Below are positions 57,111-64,000 of a stretch of 64,000 bases of DNA, in pieces. The position numbers and the translations under genes are program-made. The stretch is from positions 1 through 64,000 of the forward strand of contig JAJRWI010000010.1 in NCBI GenBank assembly GCA_024276825.1. Reading direction: 5' to 3'. Numbering within the stretch: position 1 is the first letter of the stretch; the number at the start of each line of letters is the position of its first letter. The notes beneath the pieces are model-generated. The model saw only the letters and a program-made list of their open reading frames with translations, had not been told where the DNA came from and did not search any database. This stretch comes from an archaeon (GTDB taxonomy: Archaea; Asgardarchaeota; Thorarchaeia; Thorarchaeales; Thorarchaeaceae).

Positions 57111-58028
57111 TTATTTGACCTCCACATCACGCATTATTATTCTAAGCGTTTTTCCACGGTAGGGAATGATTGATTGTAGAGCTTTGAAGTAGGGAATGTT
57201 CAGTTCTTTTGCGATGTCTTGAAGAGTTCGTGTGCCATCGCAGAGTTCCAATATGGGCCGATGTTCCTTCTTTGCTTTCTTTATCTCCCCTTCAAAGAGT
57301 GGCAGTTCCACAATCTCTCTCATTCCAGGAGCCTGTTCTTTGGGACACTCAACATCAAGAACATTCTTTAAAACACACCATTCAACCACTGAGATGATGA
57401 TCTCTACTCTCTTAGCAAGTATTTCAGCAATCCGAAACACGGTGCGTACATCATCCACCATTAGAAGCACATCAATCCCAACATTGTGAAACTTGGAAGT
57501 CATTTCGTTATACAGAGGGCTTCCAATTCTGGACGCTTCATTGTACATGCTTGCCTTACGAACAACACATCCATGAGTCACCTTGATGTCGACAGCTGGC
57601 TCTTCAGAAGGTTGTTCAACCTCAGGAGCCGCCTGCATTTCTTCTACGGTTATCTCATTATCTTCGGGAGTTGAAACAACTGCTTCAACCTTCACTTTTT
57701 TGGGTGGTGGAGGTAACTCCGCGTTGCCGAGGGATTCAATGACATTTTTAGTGCGTTGTAGAGCGACACCAAGAGACACATCAGACATGAATAATACTGC
57801 AAGCACCCAGTTCTCGTCCACCCTTGCCAGAACAACTGTTCCTTGAGATGTTATGACATTCATGAGCTTTAGCGAGGATGAATGGATCTCTAATGTGTCC
57901 TTAATCGTTGGGAGTGTGTCTTCGGGGAGAGAAAATGCAAGGAATGGTTGACCGTCATTTGTTAGAAGAGCATACCCACTCACAGACTCGTCATAACGAA
58001 GCTTTGTGAGTGCACGCTCTAAAGACAT
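57111..58028 (-). CDS. Roadblock-like N-domain + linker + two winged-helix-like domains
   Basis: Paralog of 54175-55149 (LERAL.KLR.DE.V.GY, LPPPP, DVL..VD, LCDGT). Confidence 0.6.
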   Translation of the reverse strand: MSLERALTKLRYDESVSGYALLTNDGQPFLAFSLPEDTLPTIKDTLEIHSSSLKLMNVITSQGTVVLARVDENWVLAVLFMSDVSLGVALQRTKNVIESLGNAELPPPPKKVKVEAVVSTPEDNEITVEEMQAAPEVEQPSEEPAVDIKVTHGCVVRKASMYNEASRIGSPLYNEMTSKFHNVGIDVLLMVDDVRTVFRIAEILAKRVEIIISVVEWCVLKNVLDVECPKEQAPGMREIVELPLFEGEIKKAKKEHRPILELCDGTRTLQDIAKELNIPYFKALQSIIPYRGKTLRIIMRDVEVK

Positions 58029-58087
58029 CAATACCTACTCCGCGGCACCTTATATTAGCAATCCCTTAAGAGGATTGCTCGGAATTA

Positions 58088-59170
58088 CTATATTAATTCT
58101 TTTAGAAACTTAAATACGTCATTGTTAGAGGGATGGTCTGCATTGATTGACGAAACATAGAGGGCAGCCACAGCATTTGCAAGCGTCAGACGTTCAACGT
58201 CCGATAGCTCTGTGATTGTTGCAAGGATGTCGCCAGCATTCCACGAGTCACCAGCACCACATTGCACATGGGATTCAGCCATAAAAGTTGGCACTCTTAT
58301 TGTTCTGTCATCTTTGAATGTCGCAGAGAATTGCAGGGTATGTAGATCGACACGGACAGCAGTTTCTTTTGATATCAATTCAGCCGCTTCCGATGCAATC
58401 TCCAGATCACTTGTTGCATCACGCCATTTGTCATTGTTTGTGAGTATTCTTGCAATCCAGCCAGCTTCATTCTCATTAAGGCTGATAATGTCTACGAGCT
58501 CCGCATTGAGTGTGGATTTCACAAGTCGGGTTATGGCCTTAAGGTTTCCAGAAGGGTCGCCAATGTCCATGAAAGTGAGGGCATTCGAATTTGACCTCAC
58601 ATAAGTGAATATTTCTTCTGCAAGATATGATGCGTTCTTGTTATGATTCAAACATAATAAAGCGACAAGGCTACTCTTGTTAATTGCATCCAGATCACTT
58701 GGGGCAAGGTCACCAAACGAAAAGTCAGCTGCAGACCCGCTATCGCTAACCATTAAATTAACGGGACGCCCCTTATGTTTGACCTCGATAGACACGGTGG
58801 ATGACAGTCTTCCATCAGTCTTCACATGACTAAGATCTAGCTCAGGAGATACTAGGCTCTTCAACAGTAGAAGTCCCTGTGGATTAGTCTTAACTATTAG
58901 TATTGGATGGATTCCAAGGGAGAGAAGGGCCGAGGCCGTATTGACTGAATTGCCCCCGCGACTGATTATCTGACGGGTGCCAATCATGTTTCCGCCGCCT
59001 TGTTCAGCGAGAAGTTTCAGAGACTCTATGAATGCATCAAGGCTTTCAGCAATCACAAAATGATCAAGAAAGAAATCAGGAAGAATCACAGGAGGTGGGA
59101 CAGCAGGAGGTTCTTGAAGTATTGTAAAGAGCCGGGAGTAGTCCAGCTCTATCACCTCATTGAAATTCAT
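58088..59170 (-). CDS. PfkB/ribokinase family kinase
   Basis: GGNSVNTA..L..LG, SLNENEA, GAGDSWNAG. Confidence 0.85.
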   Translation of the reverse strand: MNFNEVIELDYSRLFTILQEPPAVPPPVILPDFFLDHFVIAESLDAFIESLKLLAEQGGGNMIGTRQIISRGGNSVNTASALLSLGIHPILIVKTNPQGLLLLKSLVSPELDLSHVKTDGRLSSTVSIEVKHKGRPVNLMVSDSGSAADFSFGDLAPSDLDAINKSSLVALLCLNHNKNASYLAEEIFTYVRSNSNALTFMDIGDPSGNLKAITRLVKSTLNAELVDIISLNENEAGWIARILTNNDKWRDATSDLEIASEAAELISKETAVRVDLHTLQFSATFKDDRTIRVPTFMAESHVQCGAGDSWNAGDILATITELSDVERLTLANAVAALYVSSINADHPSNNDVFKFLKELI

Positions 59171-59613
59171 GATACTTTTTTGAAGGCCGCCTTGACCATC
59201 GCAGTCAGACGCTCTTCATCAATACCAGTCTTGTTTGCTGTCTTGGAGATGTCACAATATGCAAGATCCTCGAGGGATCTGATGCCTGCATCGAATAAGA
59301 GTTGTGCCTCACTCTTCTTCACTGCTCGAAGAGATGACAGTTCTGCAATTACAGCATCCGCATCAATTGTGGAAGTTGCACTACTAACTTCAGCAGCAAA
59401 CTCTTCTAGGTCATTGATATACTGCTTGATGACCTCAATGTTCTCATCGTAGCTTGTCTTTCTTCGAACATCAACAATAAGACCCATTCTACGGGCCTCA
59501 TCAATAGCAAGACCTGCCTCTTCTATCTCGTGCCTGCTGAATCCTCGGCCCCTGCGGTCACGACCTGTGCCAGGCGACTTTACTGTTGGATCTGCAAATA
59601 TGTCATAACTCAT
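59167..59613 (-). CDS. rpl13e: 50S ribosomal protein eL13 fused to a C-terminal helix-hairpin-helix domain
   Basis: R.GRGFS..EI..AGL....AR..G..VD.RRKT...N; C-terminal A..L..AGI.SLEDLA......GI; start revised to ATG 59613. Confidence 0.85.
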   Translation of the reverse strand: MSYDIFADPTVKSPGTGRDRRGRGFSRHEIEEAGLAIDEARRMGLIVDVRRKTSYDENIEVIKQYINDLEEFAAEVSSATSTIDADAVIAELSSLRAVKKSEAQLLFDAGIRSLEDLAYCDISKTANKTGIDEERLTAMVKAAFKKVS

Positions 59614-59954
59614 TGGCTTGCCCACCTGATTCAAGATTCGACCCAATATTGTCCTTATTAAGCTAATGATGAATGATACGTCTTCGAGCTGTCTCAATAA
59701 TTGCATCGTGTAATTCTGCACTCATATTAGAATGAGTTGAGTAGTCCATGTCAGATGTAATGAGTTCATACCCAATTTTCTCAAGAGTGGGTGAGATTCG
59801 CCTGAGGCCTTCAGCAGCAACAGGAACACCAATATTGCTATTGGAGAGGATCTCACAGCCATAGGCTGTGCATCAGAATTTAGTCAGGTCATAAGTTGCA
59901 TTCTCGTGAGGTATGTGAACTGTCCAGACAAAGCATTAACGACCTTTCAGAATT

Positions 59955-60773
59955 TCAGAAGTATTCGTCAAGAGAGGTCTGCTCCATTCTCTTTGATGTC
60001 AACATCTCTTTGAGCTTGATTCTCTGTCGTGCATCAATCAGGTTCAAGAGGTCAAGCATTTGAAGTGCATTCAGAGGAGAATTTCCAAATAGATGGTTAT
60101 TGAAGTATCCTAAGGTAGTATCCACAAGATCATTGAGTTGATGAAGTCTAGGAACCCATGGCTTCAACTCATCAATCGAGTATAGATAGTTATACCAGAG
60201 ATTCTCTCCATGTCCGTGCCACCGAATATATGAAAAGTCTGTGGTCACACGAATATCAATGGGCAATCGAGGTTCGTCTACAATAACATATGCAATGTTG
60301 TAATTCTCGAGCAAGGACATAACTTGTGGCTTGAACCAACTCTCATGTCGAAACTCAATTGCATACCTGAAGGAGGGATCTAGTTCGGAGAGGAATGTTT
60401 CAAGGTCAGCCATTGATTCAATATCCCAAGGCGGGAGTTGAATCAGAAGGGCTTCTATCCGATCTCTGATAGGAAGAAGTAACTGAAAGAATCTAGCGAG
60501 CTCTCGACCGCTCGCTCCGGTCAGACTCAAGCGACCGTCATGGGTCACTTTTTTGGGCAGTTTTGCTGTAAAGAACTTTTCAGGTGGGATTATTTCAGAC
60601 AGATGCCTGATGAAGTTCTTCTGAGGCAGGGCATAGAATGTAGAGTTGATCTCAGCAGTATTAAAGATAGAGAGATACTGCTTCAGCAATGACTCTCTTG
60701 AGTTGTAAAACACGCCCTTCCAGTCCTTCTCGTATGACCAGCCACTACAGCCAATATGGATGCCTCTTATCAT
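59955..60773 (-). CDS. DUF72 family protein
   Basis: IGCSGWSY, EINSTFY, KLP..VTH, QLPP, EFRH.SW, YIRWHG, YFNN. Confidence 0.9.
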   Translation of the reverse strand: MIRGIHIGCSGWSYEKDWKGVFYNSRESLLKQYLSIFNTAEINSTFYALPQKNFIRHLSEIIPPEKFFTAKLPKKVTHDGRLSLTGASGRELARFFQLLLPIRDRIEALLIQLPPWDIESMADLETFLSELDPSFRYAIEFRHESWFKPQVMSLLENYNIAYVIVDEPRLPIDIRVTTDFSYIRWHGHGENLWYNYLYSIDELKPWVPRLHQLNDLVDTTLGYFNNHLFGNSPLNALQMLDLLNLIDARQRIKLKEMLTSKRMEQTSLDEYF

Positions 60774-60878
60774 TATGCATCATGAAAGATAACGAGAATA
60801 GATGCTATCAGTGTTATGATATCAGATATGTGCATTGTAAGTGAGATTCATAAGAGCATTCAGCAGTAAACAACACGA

Positions 60879-61196
60879 GTGAAAATGATTGCAAAAGGTG
60901 TAAAAGCAGAGATAAGCAATCTTGAGATCCATATGGGCGACTTTTCGGAAAGAAAGTTCAAGATGAAATGTGATGTCACTTACGAGGAGCAGATGCTCAC
61001 CCTAGAAGGGGGAAAAAGGTCAGTCAGACTTCGTGCAATGAATATCGCGAATGTGCACCTTGAGAAAAAGGCTCTGAGAATATCAGCCCTGAACTTTGAA
61101 ATTGTGGACAAAGATGAAATGAGTGTTGCTAGTGGTTCAATACGAGTCGAGTTTGGCAATGATACAGAACAGTGGTACAAAGAACTCTGGGGATAG
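60879..61196 (+). CDS. Small hypothetical protein (beta-rich, possibly PH-like)
   Basis: 105-aa ORF; beta strands followed by a C-terminal helix with W. Confidence 0.55.
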   Translation: MKMIAKGVKAEISNLEIHMGDFSERKFKMKCDVTYEEQMLTLEGGKRSVRLRAMNIANVHLEKKALRISALNFEIVDKDEMSVASGSIRVEFGNDTEQWYKELWG

Positions 61197-61256
61197 ATAG
61201 CATAGTTAATATGCCTTTTAGTATGGAAAAAATCCGCAACTAAGGGGCTAGGAAAT

Positions 61257-62555
61257 ATGAGCGACAAGTTCGAATATATTGAACTGCAGATTATTGACAT
61301 TCTTGGACGACCAAAGGCAATGACTGTGCCATGTGAACCAGTTGACAGTCTTGAGGACCTGAAGAATGATCCTGTCATGACTGATGGTTCAGGCATTGAC
61401 GGAAGTTCCATATTAGGGCTGTCAAGTGTGGAGTCCTCTGACTTGCGATTGATACCAGATCCTTCCACACTCGTTGAACTCCCATATGCATTATTTAAAA
61501 CTGCTGCAGTCCTTTGCCATGTGAGGGAAAAGGGTGCTCCAGAGGGTTCATATTATCCGAAAGACCCTAGAGGGGCATTGCATACAGTGTGCAAGAGTCT
61601 TCTTGAAAACAAGACCCTCAGAGTAAAGATAGAACCCGAGTTTTATCTCCTTGATGAAAATGGCGGACCATTCGATCGGGTGGGTTATGCAGACACGTAT
61701 CCGACCAGCCCGAGCACAGACATTCTTCTTGAAATTGCTTCTGCCATCAGATCAATGGGAATGCGACCCAAAGTGATACATCATGAGGTTGGTAGATCCC
61801 AGCAAGAGATTGAGATTAATTTTGATGAAGTAAAAGCAATGGCAGACTATGTTGTTAGATTCAAGCAATTAGTAAGAGCCATAACTCAGGACTATGGGGT
61901 CGGTGCCACATTCATGCCGAAACCATTTGCGAACCAAGCGGGCAGTGGTATGCACTGTCACATTCAGCTATGGGAGGATGGCAAGAACCTGTTTGGGTCT
62001 GATGAGGGCACGGAGTTATCAAGAACAGGACAAATGTTCATTGCAGGCCTGCTAAAACATGCACCAGCAATTACAGCAATCGCCAACCCAACAATAAACT
62101 CATACAAGAGGCTTGTTCCACACAATGAGGCACCTGTGTTCATATCCTGGGGGCCAATGAACCGTACAGCACTAATCAGGGTCCCATTGTTCACGGAGCC
62201 TCGGAAGGCGGCCATAGAATTTAGATCGCCAGATGCAATGGCCAATCCATATCTACTATTCACTGCAATCATAGCTGCTGGCATGGATGGTATTGATAAG
62301 GAATTGTCTCCACCAAGACCTATCAAGTCTGATGTCTTCAGATTGACCGATGATGAGAGAGCGACGCTTGGAATACAAATGCTTCCATCCAACCTTGGAG
62401 AAGCACTGAAATGCTTGCAGCAGGACAAAGTAATTGTTGAACATCTTGGTAAGGCAATTGTTGATACATTTGTAAGCATTAAGCAGAGGGAATGGGATCA
62501 GTACCTCAAGTCAGCAGTGACAGGATGGGAATGGGAACAGTATCAGGACCTGTGA
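61257..62555 (+). CDS. glnA: Glutamine synthetase type I
   Basis: DGSSI, EPEFY, HHEVG, TFMPKP, GSGMH, NSYKRL, NR...IRVP, IEFR.PD, NPYL. Confidence 0.92.
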   Translation: MSDKFEYIELQIIDILGRPKAMTVPCEPVDSLEDLKNDPVMTDGSGIDGSSILGLSSVESSDLRLIPDPSTLVELPYALFKTAAVLCHVREKGAPEGSYYPKDPRGALHTVCKSLLENKTLRVKIEPEFYLLDENGGPFDRVGYADTYPTSPSTDILLEIASAIRSMGMRPKVIHHEVGRSQQEIEINFDEVKAMADYVVRFKQLVRAITQDYGVGATFMPKPFANQAGSGMHCHIQLWEDGKNLFGSDEGTELSRTGQMFIAGLLKHAPAITAIANPTINSYKRLVPHNEAPVFISWGPMNRTALIRVPLFTEPRKAAIEFRSPDAMANPYLLFTAIIAAGMDGIDKELSPPRPIKSDVFRLTDDERATLGIQMLPSNLGEALKCLQQDKVIVEHLGKAIVDTFVSIKQREWDQYLKSAVTGWEWEQYQDL

Positions 62556-63712
62556 TCAAAGAACCTCTTCAGCCTGTCAAAGGCCTCATCAACTGCATCG
62601 GGGGTAAGTGGTCCAAACGATATGCGGATGTGTCCCTCGCCCTGTTCGCCAAATATGCGTCCTGGCAAGACCAGAATCTCAGTAGAGATAAGAAGGTCGA
62701 GAACGAGTGTGTTTGAGTCTTCACAGTCCTTGACTCTTGGGAAGATATAGAATGTCCCAGCGGTGCGGAATGTTTCAAGGGCATCAATCTCCTTTATCCT
62801 GACATAAGCCAGCTCTCTCAAATGGCTGATCCTTTCAATCTCCAATTGGACATGGTCCATAGAGTTCTTGAGAATGTCCAATGCGAGAATCTGACTTGCA
62901 GTGGGAGCACAGATCACAAAGCTGTCTTGTATCTTTAACAATTCATCCATGAAGTCCTCGGGTCCAATGACATAGCCAATGCGCCAGCCAGACATTCCAA
63001 AGTTCTTTGAAAAACTGCCAATGGTAATGACATTGTCGCGGGCATCTTTTCGAGACCGGGGACTGTAGTGTTGTTTGTGATCAAACACCATCTGGGCATA
63101 GGTCTCATCAGAGATTAGTGCTATGTCATGATCAATGCAAGTATCAACAATTGTGTCAATAATTGACCTTTCGTAAACAGCACCAGTAGGATTGTTGGGA
63201 GTGACCAGTAACACGGCCCTCGTGTTTTCATCAATGGCATCTATTATTCTTTCAGGAACAGGTTGAAACCTCTCATCAACAGGAGTTGTTCTAACTTCTG
63301 CGCCACAGAGTTGTGCTGCCATTGCAAAATTGAAATAGAACGGGGATGGCATCACTATGTTATCACCTGGCCCAAGCAGAGTCAGGGCTACCCCTGAAAA
63401 CGCATTATTCCCTCCAGCAGTGATGATAACTTCAGTCAAAGGGTCAGCTATGATATTAAACATGCGCCGTAGAAATAACGACAGTTCTTCCCTCAACTCA
63501 ATAAGACCGGGGTCGGATGTATATCTGTGAATTGTAGGATGAGAGAGCATGTCAGCAAGCGAGTCGAGTGATGTCTGAGGAGGAATATGACCGGGCATTC
63601 CCTGACCAAGGTTAATGAATCGGGCAGAACCAATGAACTGCCGTGCTGCTTCATTCAGTTTAGATATGGGAGGAGGCATAATCCTGCCAGTGCGCATCTT
63701 CATTTTGGTCAC
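62543..63712 (-). CDS. Class I/II pyridoxal-phosphate aminotransferase
   Basis: NLGQG.P, PNNPTG, SDETY, SFSKNFGMSGWRIG. Confidence 0.9.
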   Translation of the reverse strand: MTKMKMRTGRIMPPPISKLNEAARQFIGSARFINLGQGMPGHIPPQTSLDSLADMLSHPTIHRYTSDPGLIELREELSLFLRRMFNIIADPLTEVIITAGGNNAFSGVALTLLGPGDNIVMPSPFYFNFAMAAQLCGAEVRTTPVDERFQPVPERIIDAIDENTRAVLLVTPNNPTGAVYERSIIDTIVDTCIDHDIALISDETYAQMVFDHKQHYSPRSRKDARDNVITIGSFSKNFGMSGWRIGYVIGPEDFMDELLKIQDSFVICAPTASQILALDILKNSMDHVQLEIERISHLRELAYVRIKEIDALETFRTAGTFYIFPRVKDCEDSNTLVLDLLISTEILVLPGRIFGEQGEGHIRISFGPLTPDAVDEAFDRLKRFFDHRS

Positions 63713-63785
63713 CAGTGACTAAACATGAATAGGTCTCTGTAAAATGCTTAATAAGTGACTTCATCCGAATTCGTAGGGATTCACA

Positions 63786-64000
63786 ATGACAGACTACCAA
63801 GCGGGCAGAAAGGAAGTCAAGAGGGCTGCATTGCTCTCTGTGTTTGCAGCGATTGCATTGACCTTGACTAAATTGGTTATTGGTGTTGTCACAGGGTCGT
63901 TGGGTATCATTTCAGAAGCTCTGCACAGTGGTCTGGACCTGTCAGCAGCTGGGATTACATATGTGGCAGTCAGGAGGGCTTCTGAGGGACCTGACCAAGA
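63786..64000 (+). CDS. Cation diffusion facilitator (FieF-like), 3' truncated by window
   Basis: KLVIG..TGSLGIISEALHSGLD (HxxxD) ... PD. Confidence 0.85.
   Translation, partial: MTDYQAGRKEVKRAALLSVFAAIALTLTKLVIGVVTGSLGIISEALHSGLDLSAAGITYVAVRRASEGPDQ

Noticed and set aside
1622-62479. Numerous antisense/overlapping ORFs in the track (e.g. 1622-2227, 3652-4245, 26806-27336, 61964-62479)
   Set aside because: They are shadows of well-supported genes on the opposite strand or in another frame; Ser/Thr-rich and without motifs.

Overview
Gene-dense chromosomal segment of an Asgard archaeon, most likely Thorarchaeia. This is inferred from archaeal housekeeping genes (class I LysRS, IleRS, eS26, eL13, archaeal CCA enzyme, PoK/PPS CoA pathway, RtcB, tRNA-Gln(CUG)) together with many eukaryotic-signature proteins: four small GTPases, roadblock and longin/DENN-like proteins, Bet3/TRAPP-V4R proteins, a SNAP/PCI-like protein and an EF-2 paralog. 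Main results not visible in the ORF track: (1) selD is a selenoprotein with an in-frame UGA at codon 19 and a eukaryote-type SECIS whose kink-turn core overlaps its own stop codon; (2) a ~260-nt highly structured intergenic element (28658-28917) displays repeated GGGGA motifs in loops, between a DENN/longin-wH gene and a longin-Arf-like GTPase gene, the latter interrupted by an in-frame TAA; (3) two further structured RNA candidates lie in the EF-2 paralog leader and near tRNA-Gln/vapBC; (4) a duplicated roadblock-wH + Bet3-like module is a candidate proto-TRAPP system. No CRISPR array, rRNA or transposase was recognised. All functional calls come from motif recognition by eye; no searches were run.
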